A stretch of 64,000 nucleotides of DNA, from assembly GCA_944372355.1 (NCBI GenBank), contig CALVYS010000001.1, positions 32,681 through 96,680 of the forward strand. The letters run 5' to 3'. Below the pieces are notes generated by a model. It was not told the DNA's origin. It worked only from the letters and a program-made list of their open reading frames with translations, and ran no database searches. The translations under genes were made by a program, and so were the position numbers. This stretch comes from an uncultured Clostridia bacterium (lineage in GTDB: Bacteria > Bacillota > Clostridia > Christensenellales > UBA1242). Below, one piece after another: positions 43,517 to 52,543 of the stretch; the stretch's first letter is position 1; the number at the start of each line of letters is the position of its first letter.

Positions 43517-44245
43517 TTATTTTTTGCCATATCTATTGCGTGCAAAAGTGACAACATACACCTTGTCTGCCACCTTTTTCAAGGTTTTTGCGCATTCGTT
43601 TGCGGTTGCACCAGTGGTCATCACATCATCAACCAGCAAAATCTTTTTATGTAAAAGCTTCACTTTGTCTTTGATTTTAAATGCGTTTTGCAAATTTTTC
43701 TGCCTGTCAGAAAATCCAAGTTCTTTTTGATGCTTGGTTTCTTTTTCCTTTACAAAACTGGTGGTGTCCACCGGCAACTTGAAAATTTTGCCAAGCTCCT
43801 TTGCCAACAGTTCAGCCTGATTGAATGAACGTTTGTTGAAAGATTTTTGAGAAAGCGGTGTGGGAACGATCAAGTCAAAATCAAAATTTTCTGCATAGAG
43901 TCTCTCTGCCATCAAGGCTGCCATTTGAGGGGCCAGATATTTTGCGTTGTCGTTTTTTAGTTTTAAAACCAAGGCCTTGACGCTGCCCTCGTAAGAAAAG
44001 GGTGAAACGGCCTTGTCAAAGCTTTTGTGATGAGATTTGCAGTTGTCGCACACTTCGCTGTCGCCACAAACGACATCGTCACAAATTTTGCAGCGCTTGC
44101 CAAGGTTGAAAGGAAGCGATTCTGCACAATTTTGGCAATAACAAATTTTGGGAGACGAAACATCTCTTCCACAAAACATACATGTCAAGTTTGAAGGAAA
44201 AAAGAATTCTAAAATCGCATTCCAGCACTTTTTTATGATGTTCAC
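43517..44245 (-). CDS. comFC: ComF-family phosphoribosyltransferase-domain protein
   Basis: N-terminal double zinc ribbon (CMFCG...CQNC...CKIC...CDNC) and a PRTase motif (ILLVDDVMTTGAT). Confidence 0.85.
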   Translation of the reverse strand: MNIIKKCWNAILEFFFPSNLTCMFCGRDVSSPKICYCQNCAESLPFNLGKRCKICDDVVCGDSEVCDNCKSHHKSFDKAVSPFSYEGSVKALVLKLKNDNAKYLAPQMAALMAERLYAENFDFDLIVPTPLSQKSFNKRSFNQAELLAKELGKIFKLPVDTTSFVKEKETKHQKELGFSDRQKNLQNAFKIKDKVKLLHKKILLVDDVMTTGATANECAKTLKKVADKVYVVTFARNRYGKK

Positions 44246-45003
44246 TAGCGGCTCCTTTCCACATTTTCTAGTTGCGGCATCAGCTCAGCACAAACCTTTT
44301 CAAGATTTCCCTTTATGCGCAATTTTGGATTTTGCCTGAAAGGGAAGGAGACAAAATCTTTGTCGATCGAAATCAAAGTGTAGCCACGAAAGGCTTTTTT
44401 GATCAGGTTATATGGCAAATCGGTTGCAAGGCTGGTTCCCATCACGATCATGGTGTCAGCGTTTTGGCAAGCTTGCCAGGCCTCTTCTGCACAAGGGATA
44501 GCTTCATTATACAGCACAACATCGGGTCTGACTATGCCGTTGCAACCTGGTTCATCACAATGAAACAGCGCTTTTTGTTTGACTTGGTCCAATGTGAATG
44601 TTTTTTGACAATCCGTGCAGTGCCAGTTTTGAATTGTTCCATGCAGTTCAATCACATCTTTGCTGCCAGCTTTTTGATGCAAGCCATCAATATTTTGGGT
44701 GATCACCGTCACATTTTTGCCAAAAGATTCCAGCTTTTTAATAAATTTGTGGCAAACGTTTGGCTCGCGGGGGCTGGAAAAATAGTGCATGACAAAATCG
44801 TAAAAAACCTTGGGATTGCTTTCGAAAAACTCGTGAGACAAAATTTCTATGGGTTTGAAGCCTTCAAAAGTTAAGTTGGAATCATACAAGCTTTTAAAAT
44901 CAGTCAAGCCGCTTGCGGTTGAAACTCCCGCGCCGGTTAAAACCACGATGTCCTCGGCCATATTCAAGCATTTTAAAAAACTTTCAATATCACTTTTTTG
45001 CAT
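44245..45003 (-). CDS. cobB: NAD-dependent protein deacylase (sirtuin, CobB/NpdA type)
   Basis: VLTGAGVSTASGLTDFKS, TQNIDGLHQKAGS, HG and a zinc ribbon (CTDC...CDEPGC). Confidence 0.9.
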   Translation of the reverse strand: MQKSDIESFLKCLNMAEDIVVLTGAGVSTASGLTDFKSLYDSNLTFEGFKPIEILSHEFFESNPKVFYDFVMHYFSSPREPNVCHKFIKKLESFGKNVTVITQNIDGLHQKAGSKDVIELHGTIQNWHCTDCQKTFTLDQVKQKALFHCDEPGCNGIVRPDVVLYNEAIPCAEEAWQACQNADTMIVMGTSLATDLPYNLIKKAFRGYTLISIDKDFVSFPFRQNPKLRIKGNLEKVCAELMPQLENVERSR

Positions 45004-45015
45004 AAAACACCTCTA

Positions 45016-45638
45016 TTAAATCAAAAATTTCAGCGGTATGCTTGGGTCCAAATTGCCTTTAAACACAGGTTCAGCCTGTTTTTTTGTGGCAGTTTGTGGG
45101 ATAGTGTTATAGTGGGTTGGAATCACAAGCTTAGGCCTAATGAGGTTTGTCAAAAGTGCAGCCTCTTTTGCGTCCATGGTGTAGGTTCCTCCAATCGGGA
45201 CCAGCAAAACATCGGTTTTGATGGTTTTGAGCTCGTCCGTTGCGTCAGTGTCGCCACAAATTGTGTAAGTCACTCCGCGAATTGTCACTTTGAATCCAAC
45301 AAAGCCAAATTCCTTAAAATGGTGGTGGCCAAAATTATATGCAGGGAAGGTTTCAAACTCGACGTCAAAAACTCGCCCTGTTTGATTTGGGGTTAAGCAA
45401 TTATTTTGTTTTTGTAAGGCAGCTTCTCTTTACAAGGGGTTGAACAAACGATCACCGTGTCTGGGGATATGATGTTGTCTATAGATTCAAGGTCAAGGTG
45501 ATCAAAGTGTGGGTGAGTAATGAAGATGATTTTTGCAGGTTGTTGTCTGCGCTCAATTTTGAATGGGTCAAAGTAGATGTCTCCATCTATACAAATTGAG
45601 CTGTGGCAGTTGATTTTGATGTTTTCGCCAAGTTTCAT
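45016..45638 (-). pseudogene. MBL-fold metallo-hydrolase, frame broken near 45390-45415
   Basis: The N-terminal ORF (45393-45638) has the HPHFDHLD motif. The rest of the fold (NQTGRVFDVEF...GHHHF...ICGDTDAT...PIGGTYTM...IPTHY) continues in another frame, read by hand across the stop. T4/T5 runs sit at the junction. Confidence 0.7.
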
Positions 45639-45695
45639 ATTTTCTCCTTATAACAAAAAAAAGGTGAAGCCACCTTTTTTTTCTTGCCTTCAATT

Positions 45696-45926
45696 TTAAA
45701 TATTTAAAAGGCGCATAATTCTTCCGCTTACGATCATCAAAACAAGGTCGATCAGCCAAACGATGTTGAAGCCGAAGAAGATTCTGAGAATGCCTGCAAC
45801 AATTTTGCCTTCTTTAAACCTTGTGATAAAACCTAAAAGCCAAGCGGTGACAGGAATGATGGCCAGAATGATGCTGACGATTCTGCCCATTCCAAAATAG
45901 TCTTTTCTTGCTTTTGTTTTAGCCAT
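45696..45926 (-). CDS. small two-TM membrane protein
   Basis: 76 aa, AGGAGG SD. An A8/T8-flanked hairpin terminator (45655-45682) lies downstream. Confidence 0.5.
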   Translation of the reverse strand: MAKTKARKDYFGMGRIVSIILAIIPVTAWLLGFITRFKEGKIVAGILRIFFGFNIVWLIDLVLMIVSGRIMRLLNI

Positions 45927-46065
45927 GGCACTTTTCCTCCTTGTTTTAATTATAGCACCTTTTTAAAAAACGACCAAGCAAATTGAGTTTTGTTTTTTAA
46001 TTGCTTGTTTTTTTATCAAATAAGTTTTAAAATGATAATCTAAGAATGTATAGGAGGAGGGAAAT

Positions 46066-46674
46066 ATGCAACAAAAGAAGATTTTGATCGCAACATCTAA
46101 TGCCGGCAAAATTGCCATATACTCGCAAGTGCTGGACGAATTGGGCCTTGAATATGTCACTTTGCGAGATATGCATTTAGATGTTCAGGTGGAGGAGACC
46201 GGCGCAACCGAACTTGAAAATGCGCTTTTAAAGGCCAAAGCCTATCATGAAGCCACTGGTTTGCCGGTGATCGCAAACGATAGCGGGCTGTTGATCGAAA
46301 GATTAAAGCCAGAAGATCAACCGGGAGTGTTCGTGCATAGATATGGCGGAAACGAGCTTTCCGACGAAGAAACTATCAAGATTTTTTCTAAAAAGCTTGA
46401 AGAGGTTGGTGGCGAAAGTGATTCTTATTTCAAAATTGCGCTTGTCACTTGCGATTTTGATGGCAAGTATCACACAGCTGAATTCAGAAGCTATCGTTAT
46501 ATGGTTGCCAAGCCAAGCAAGACGGTTATAAAGGGCTTGCCATTGCGATCGCTCGATTACAGCAAGGAAAAGCAAAAATATTGGAGCGAGATGACAATAG
46601 AAGAGGCCAACAAACTCGAAGGCAAATGTATCCAGGACCAAAAAGAGTTTATAAAAAAGTGCTTTAAAAAGTAA
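46066..46674 (+). CDS. Ham1/RdgB-like non-canonical purine NTP pyrophosphatase
   Basis: KILIATSNAGK...VEETGATELENALLKAKA...ANDSGLLIE pattern of the Ham1 family. Confidence 0.7.
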   Translation: MQQKKILIATSNAGKIAIYSQVLDELGLEYVTLRDMHLDVQVEETGATELENALLKAKAYHEATGLPVIANDSGLLIERLKPEDQPGVFVHRYGGNELSDEETIKIFSKKLEEVGGESDSYFKIALVTCDFDGKYHTAEFRSYRYMVAKPSKTVIKGLPLRSLDYSKEKQKYWSEMTIEEANKLEGKCIQDQKEFIKKCFKK

Positions 46675-46686
46675 AAGGAGAGGCCT

Positions 46687-47061
46687 ATGAAAAAGTTAGA
46701 ATTTTTCAGATGCAATGTATGCGGAAACATCTGTGTCAAACTTCACGATTCCGGCGTTCCTGTTTTTTGCTGCGGGGCTCCAATGCAAAAGATCGAGCCA
46801 AACACTGTTGATGCCGCCAGTGAGAAACATAAACCGGTTGTCAAAATTGAAGGCGGAAGGGTTGATGTTCAAGTGGGAAGTGTGCTTCACCCTATGAGTG
46901 AAGAACATTACATAACAATGATTGTTTTGGAAACAAACAATGGCTTTTCAGTCAAGTATTTAGCTCCAACTGACGCCCCACAGGCAAGCTTCATGCTTTT
47001 AGGGGGCGAAAGCGTGAAAAGCGTGTATGCTTACTGCAACTTGCATGGATTGTGGAAATGA
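46687..47061 (+). CDS. dfx: desulfoferrodoxin (2Fe superoxide reductase)
   Basis: N-terminal desulforedoxin CNVCGN...FCCG and a C-terminal SOR domain (EKHKPV, HPMSEEHYI, CNLHGLW). Confidence 0.9.
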   Translation: MKKLEFFRCNVCGNICVKLHDSGVPVFCCGAPMQKIEPNTVDAASEKHKPVVKIEGGRVDVQVGSVLHPMSEEHYITMIVLETNNGFSVKYLAPTDAPQASFMLLGGESVKSVYAYCNLHGLWK

Positions 47062-47666
47062 AAATCAACCGCTTTAAAAATGTTGATGACATAAAAATCG
47101 ATTTTGAAAAATTTCCTGGTGAAAGCAAAATACTTTTTGTCACGGGATTGTCTGGCAGCGGAAAGAGTTGGACGGCGAGAGAACTTGCCGAAAGTTGCGG
47201 CGCCAGCATTTTTCAACCGGAATGGCTGATTCACTCCAAACATGTTTCGCAAGAGTTTAAGCCGTTGTTGGACGAGTTTTTGAGGGCAAATCCAGAAATA
47301 GTGCCATATGTTGAAAACAAATGGAATGATGTCAAAAATGAAGATGAGCACGAACTTTTAAAAAAATACATCAACATGTTTTTGCAATCATTTTTAGATT
47401 CATGTGACAAAAGCCGAACCTATATTGTTGAAGGGTTGCAAATTTTTACCCTCATCGATTTTGAAGTAGTAAAAAATTTTCCAATCATAGTGAAAGGCAC
47501 ATCAAGCTTTCAATCGTTAAGAAATCGACTTAAAAGAGATTTGCCAAAGCATAAAAACAAAACACATTACTTTTTTAAGGTTTTGAAACAAAGTCGTCTT
47601 TATCAATTTAAACATCGAAAAAAGTTAAATAATTTCTTAAAAAAGCTGAAAGACCAACTATTATAA
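47052..47666 (+). CDS. hypothetical P-loop NTPase/kinase-like protein
   Basis: Walker A at VTGLSGSGKSWTA. Otherwise unrecognised. A long hairpin terminator (47650-47686) spans its stop. Confidence 0.55.
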   Translation: MEMKINRFKNVDDIKIDFEKFPGESKILFVTGLSGSGKSWTARELAESCGASIFQPEWLIHSKHVSQEFKPLLDEFLRANPEIVPYVENKWNDVKNEDEHELLKKYINMFLQSFLDSCDKSRTYIVEGLQIFTLIDFEVVKNFPIIVKGTSSFQSLRNRLKRDLPKHKNKTHYFFKVLKQSRLYQFKHRKKLNNFLKKLKDQLL

Positions 47667-47793
47667 AAACAGTTGGTCTTTATTTTCCTAGCGTATAAGA
47701 ACAAGGATATAAATATTTTTATAAAAATGATAATTTTTTTTACATTACTTTATTAATTTAATGTGCTATAATAATATAAAGGGGGAAAATATT

Positions 47794-48381
47794 ATGCCTC
47801 AGTATATAAAAACCAAATCTGATTTACAAAAATTTTTAAATGTTGAATTAAAAATAATATCAAGGTATACGAATTTAAAATTATTAAAATGGTTTCCTAT
47901 TATTATTTACGAAGACCAAATCAAATATAGATTCATTAAAACACTTCGCAAGGCTGAGTACTTCACAAATTCAAACAAAAAGCTGCGGGGGTTTTTTTAC
48001 AGATTAAAATTTTTTCATTTACAAACTAAATATTGTTTAAATATACCGATGAATTGTTGTGATATCGGATTAAATATTGTTCATGTGGGCCCAATAATTA
48101 TAAATGACAATTGTTTAATTGGCAAAAATTTCAAAGTTAATGTCGGTGTAAACATTGGTAATAATGAATTTAAAAGCCATAATAAATGTCCTACAATTGG
48201 GGATAATGTGTTTATAGGGCCTGGTGCTAAGCTGTTTGGAGACATAATAATTGCAAACGGGTGTCGGATAGGAGCTAATGCGGTTGTAAATAAATCTCAT
48301 TTAATAGAAAATTCAACAATTGTTGGTGTGCCTGCAATTCAAAAAAATATTTTTTACAAAGGAAATGAAGATGAAAAATAA
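47794..48381 (+). CDS. left-handed beta-helix (hexapeptide) O-acetyltransferase, CysE/WcaB-like
   Basis: Hexapeptide repeats (IGKNFKVNVGVNIG...IGDNVFIGPGAKLFGDIIIANGCRIGANAVV). GGGGG SD, with a TGC-TATAAT promoter at 47764-47772. Confidence 0.8.
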   Translation: MPQYIKTKSDLQKFLNVELKIISRYTNLKLLKWFPIIIYEDQIKYRFIKTLRKAEYFTNSNKKLRGFFYRLKFFHLQTKYCLNIPMNCCDIGLNIVHVGPIIINDNCLIGKNFKVNVGVNIGNNEFKSHNKCPTIGDNVFIGPGAKLFGDIIIANGCRIGANAVVNKSHLIENSTIVGVPAIQKNIFYKGNEDEK

Positions 48382-49537
48382 GATATTAATAGTAGGTATG
48401 GGGTATGTGGGACTTGCTAATGCCCTGATGTTGTCACAAAAAAATGATGTAATAATATTTGATATTGATAAAATGAAGGTTTACAACTTTAATAGGGGAG
48501 TTCTTCCGCTTGGCGAAGATATGTATGAAACTTTTTACAATAAATACCGAGATAATATTATTGCGATTTCAGACGAATCACAAGCATTGTCTAATAAATA
48601 TGATTTTATTATTATTGCTTTGCCTACTGATTATGATCAAGATAAGAAGGCTTTTAATACTACATCAATAGAAGATTTGATTGTAAAAATTATCGACCAC
48701 AACATCGATACATGTATCGTTTTTAAGTCCACATTACCTATTGGATTTACACGTTTGATTAAAGAAAAATTTCAATATGATCAAATATTGGTTTCACCAG
48801 AATTTTTAAGAGAAAACAAAGCTTTATCAGACTGTTTAAATCCCTCTAGGATAGTTGTTGGTGGAAATAAGATCTATGCAATGAAATATGTAAAAATGTT
48901 AAAAAATGTTAGTAAAATTGAGAAAGAAAAGGTTTTTATAATGAATGAGACCGAGTCAGAAGCTGTTAAATTATTCTCCAATGCATATCTCGCAACAAGG
49001 GTATGTTTTTTTAATGAATTGGATAATTTTTCTTTAATTCATAATTTAGATGCAAAAACAATCATATCTGGAGTTTGTTCAGATCCTAGAATAGGAGATC
49101 ATTATAATAATCCATCTTTCGGTTTCGGCGGATATTGTTTGCCAAAAGACACCAAGCAGTTAGCAAACAATTATCCATATGCAGACAATTTGTTTTCCGC
49201 CGTATTAAACAATAATAATAAGAGAGCAGAAATCATTGCGCAAATTTTAAATCGTGATGATACTATAAAAACAATTGGTATTTACAAATTAGCAATGAAA
49301 AAGAGTTCGTATAACTGTAGAAATTCCGCTATTTTTAATATTATTAGCAAATTACAAAACAAAAATCTTATTGTATATGAACCATTAGATAAAACAAATT
49401 TTAATAATTTAAAAAGAATTGATGACTTATCGGTGTTTAAACAAATGTCTGATTTAATACTATGTAATAGATATGATGCATTGCTAGAAGATGTAAAATA
49501 CAAGGTTTTTACAAGAGATGTTTTTAATGAAAATTAG
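48371..49537 (+). CDS. ugd: UDP-glucose 6-dehydrogenase family protein
   Basis: KILIVGMGYVGLANA Rossmann fold and the catalytic-Cys motif GFGGYCLPKD. The ATG at 48365 is an alternative start. Confidence 0.85.
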   Translation: MKNKILIVGMGYVGLANALMLSQKNDVIIFDIDKMKVYNFNRGVLPLGEDMYETFYNKYRDNIIAISDESQALSNKYDFIIIALPTDYDQDKKAFNTTSIEDLIVKIIDHNIDTCIVFKSTLPIGFTRLIKEKFQYDQILVSPEFLRENKALSDCLNPSRIVVGGNKIYAMKYVKMLKNVSKIEKEKVFIMNETESEAVKLFSNAYLATRVCFFNELDNFSLIHNLDAKTIISGVCSDPRIGDHYNNPSFGFGGYCLPKDTKQLANNYPYADNLFSAVLNNNNKRAEIIAQILNRDDTIKTIGIYKLAMKKSSYNCRNSAIFNIISKLQNKNLIVYEPLDKTNFNNLKRIDDLSVFKQMSDLILCNRYDALLEDVKYKVFTRDVFNEN

Positions 49538-49563
49538 TTCAGGGTGTGTAAATAACATAAATA

Positions 49564-49592
49564 TTGACTTTTAAGCTATATTGTTGTATAAT
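49564..49592 (+). promoter_or_regulatory. consensus-like promoter in front of the ABC-F gene
   Basis: TTGACT, 17-nt spacer, TATAAT. It shows the listed 49564 start is inside the -35 box. Confidence 0.65.
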
Positions 49593-49611
49593 AACTACAG
49601 AGGTAGAGTCT

Positions 49612-51294
49612 ATGTTGATTTTGAATATTGACAAATTGAATAAAAACTTTGGGTACGGCAGTCTTTTTACAGACCTATCTTTTTCGTTAAATGAAGGAGA
49701 AGTTCTATCAATAGTTGGTCCCAATGGTTCTGGTAAATCTACTCTTTTAAAAATCATTGCGGGATTGGAAAGGCCAGACTCTGGCAAAGTAAATATTAAG
49801 AAAGGCGCAAACGTGGCATATCTTGATCAAAAGAGCGCTATCATAAGTGACAATAGAACAGTTTATGAAATACTTTTAGACGTTTTTGATGATTTAAATA
49901 AAATTAATCAACAAATACAAGAATTTGAAGACAAACTTGCATCGACATCCCCAGATGATAGCAACTACAATAATATTCTTGAAAAATATTGCGCTCTTAT
50001 GGAAAAGTTTTCAAACAATGGCGGATATGATATTGATGTGTCTATCAAAATGGTTGCAGACGGATTAGGTATATCTGAAGAAATGCTCTTACAAAATTAT
50101 AACAGTTTAAGCGGAGGAGAAAAAACCCTTGTTCAACTTGCTAGTTGTTTATTAAAAAAACCTAACTTGTTACTTCTTGATGAACCAACTAATAACTTAG
50201 ACATAAAAAAGATTGAATGGTTAGAAGATTTTATTAAGAGATATAAGGGGGCTATAATAACAATATCTCATGATAGATACTTTATTGATAGAACTTCATC
50301 TAAAATTTTAGAAATAGAGGCTGGAAAAAGTAAAATATTTTCAACAAACTATAGTGGCTATATAAAAGAGAAAGAGCGTGATTTTGAAAAAAATATGGCT
50401 CTTTATAAAGATCAGCAGGAACAGATTAAACACGATATAGAAATGTATAGATACTTTCTGAATCATAATTTTCCTGACAAAGCTAAATATTTTAGAGAAA
50501 AATATGAAAGAGAAATAAGAGAAGCTATTCCAAGGCCTAAAAAACCCAAAAAAATTGATTTTAATTTTGATTTGAATAGGAAATCTAGCAAAATAATAAT
50601 TAAAACAGATAACTTAACAGTTACGAGCCCTCAAAATAAGCCAATATTACAAAATATAAATGTACAGATTTGTGCTAATGAAAGAATTGCTCTTCTTGGT
50701 GATAACGGAAGCGGAAAATCTACTTTTATTAAATCTGTATTAGGACAACAAACATTGCCTGTATATGGCCAAATAACTATAGGTCCAAGCGTGCAAATCG
50801 GTTACTTGCCACAAGTTATTCATTATAATAATGAAAATGATAGTGTTCTTAAAACATTCGAATTTCAGTGCGGATTAGGTGAAGAAAAAAGCAGATCTGT
50901 TTTGTTTAGATTCGGTTTTAATCAAGAAGATGTGAATAAACTAATAAAAAATCTATCTGGAGGAGAAAGAGTAAAATTTAAATTAGCCGAGCTTATTCAA
51001 AAAGGAGTAAATACTTTAATACTAGATGAGCCTACCAATCATATTGACATACCGACAAGAGAATCTTTAGAGGAAGCTTTATCTGATTTTAATGGAACAT
51101 TAATATTTGTGTCGCATGATAGATATTTTATAGATAAATTTGCAAATAAAGTACTTGAGTTTAAAGATGGAAGCGTAAGGGCATATGATGGTGGCTATAA
51201 GTTTTATTTGTCCCAAAGAACAACAGATGCAGGACAATTGAAAAAAACAAAAAAAATAAATGTAAAAAACTATAACGAGGAAAGGGTTCTATAG
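49612..51294 (+). CDS. ABC-F family ATPase (two ABC domains, no TM domain)
   Basis: Two Walker A motifs (GPNGSGKST, GDNGSGKST), two LSGGE signatures, a charged interdomain linker and no membrane segments. Confidence 0.9.
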   Translation: MLILNIDKLNKNFGYGSLFTDLSFSLNEGEVLSIVGPNGSGKSTLLKIIAGLERPDSGKVNIKKGANVAYLDQKSAIISDNRTVYEILLDVFDDLNKINQQIQEFEDKLASTSPDDSNYNNILEKYCALMEKFSNNGGYDIDVSIKMVADGLGISEEMLLQNYNSLSGGEKTLVQLASCLLKKPNLLLLDEPTNNLDIKKIEWLEDFIKRYKGAIITISHDRYFIDRTSSKILEIEAGKSKIFSTNYSGYIKEKERDFEKNMALYKDQQEQIKHDIEMYRYFLNHNFPDKAKYFREKYEREIREAIPRPKKPKKIDFNFDLNRKSSKIIIKTDNLTVTSPQNKPILQNINVQICANERIALLGDNGSGKSTFIKSVLGQQTLPVYGQITIGPSVQIGYLPQVIHYNNENDSVLKTFEFQCGLGEEKSRSVLFRFGFNQEDVNKLIKNLSGGERVKFKLAELIQKGVNTLILDEPTNHIDIPTRESLEEALSDFNGTLIFVSHDRYFIDKFANKVLEFKDGSVRAYDGGYKFYLSQRTTDAGQLKKTKKINVKNYNEERVL

Positions 51295-51298
51295 AGTT

Positions 51299-52330
51299 AT
51301 GAAACGTGTTTATATGTCCACATACATTAGCGGATTTCACAGTGTAATAGAACAAATTCTGAAACAAAAAATTGGCGACGTTCAAATAATTAATAATATG
51401 GACGGTGCCATAATATATAAAAGTAATATAAATATACAAAATTTACATTTGCCTTTTTTTAATAATTCATTTTTGGTGATAGGATATGATTCTTGTAATC
51501 CAAAATTAGATTTTAATAAGTCAATCCAAAATTTCATTTTTAATAACAAATTTTCATTAGATAATGCAACAGATTATATAAATTTCAAGAAGGACAAAAC
51601 TTTTAAAATTCTTGGTATAGATAAAAATCAGCCCTCGTCATTAGATTATAAATTAGTTGAAAATATTGAAAAGAAAATACATCAATCATGCAGATTATCT
51701 GTTGCATTTAGAAAACATGATTTAGATTTTCTTTTTGTAAGAAGAACAGAGGGAATAATCTTATTTTTACTGAAAATAACATATAGTAGAACAACAGAAA
51801 AATTTTTAAATCAAGGAGAATTAAGGCCCGAACTTGCTTACATTCTTTCTTGGTTAGGCGATATTCAAAATCCAGATGTGGTTATGGATCCATTTTGCGG
51901 ACATGGTGCAATTCCTAAAGCAATCGTTAAAAATTTTCATTACAACATGTTGTTTGCAAGTGATTTAGATAAAAGTATGATCGACAAGTTAAAGTTGGAA
52001 TATAAAAACAATAAAAAAAATTTTTATATCAAACAAAGAGATGCAACAGATTTGTCATATTTTGAAAATAATTTTATAGATAAAATTATTACAGATCCCC
52101 CTTGGAATATATTTAACTCAAAGGATAATATAAATTATAAAATATTTTATGAGAAAGTTTTAAAAGAATTTTATCGCATTTTAAAACCAAATGGGACTTG
52201 TATTGTTTTGATGGGGAATGTTAAAGATTTTGAATATGCATTACATAAAGTTAAATTTATGCTCAAAGAACGATTCAATATTTTAGTTAATGGGAAAAAA
52301 GCTAATGTATATAAGTTAATTAAGACCTAA
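51299..52330 (+). CDS. class I SAM-dependent methyltransferase of the UPF0020/RlmL-Trm14-like (DPPW) type
   Basis: VMDPFCGHGAI (motif I) and IITDPPWN (motif IV), preceded by a ~170-aa THUMP-like N-terminal region. Lies 4 nt after the ABC-F stop. Confidence 0.7.
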   Translation: MKRVYMSTYISGFHSVIEQILKQKIGDVQIINNMDGAIIYKSNINIQNLHLPFFNNSFLVIGYDSCNPKLDFNKSIQNFIFNNKFSLDNATDYINFKKDKTFKILGIDKNQPSSLDYKLVENIEKKIHQSCRLSVAFRKHDLDFLFVRRTEGIILFLLKITYSRTTEKFLNQGELRPELAYILSWLGDIQNPDVVMDPFCGHGAIPKAIVKNFHYNMLFASDLDKSMIDKLKLEYKNNKKNFYIKQRDATDLSYFENNFIDKIITDPPWNIFNSKDNINYKIFYEKVLKEFYRILKPNGTCIVLMGNVKDFEYALHKVKFMLKERFNILVNGKKANVYKLIKT

Positions 52331-52543
52331 TACATTAGCTTTTTAAACATTCTTTTATCATCTCGTATATAATTTCATTGATTTTGTTATCTGTCATCCT
52401 ATTAAGCATTTGGGATAAAGTGCATAAGACTTGCGTTCTTCAATTATGTTTTAATTATTATAGAGCCAAATACAAAAGTTGCAATTTTTAATAAAGCCAT
52501 ATTTTTGTTAATATGATATACATTATGCATAGACTATTTCATA

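Noticed and set aside
44245-45003. Sir2 gene as a defence-system component (DSR/Thoeris-like)
   Set aside because: It is 252 aa with a canonical sirtuin catalytic core and zinc ribbon and no extra effector or sensor domain. Its operon partners are ComFC and a hydrolase, so a housekeeping CobB-type deacylase is the better reading.
52335-52397. 20-codon ORF (MTDNKINEIIYEMIKECLKS) downstream of the radical SAM gene, considered as a RiPP precursor
   Set aside because: The SD is weak. It lies 146 nt after the rSAM stop, at the convergent junction with the methyltransferase gene. It has only one Cys and no leader/core pattern, so there is too little evidence.
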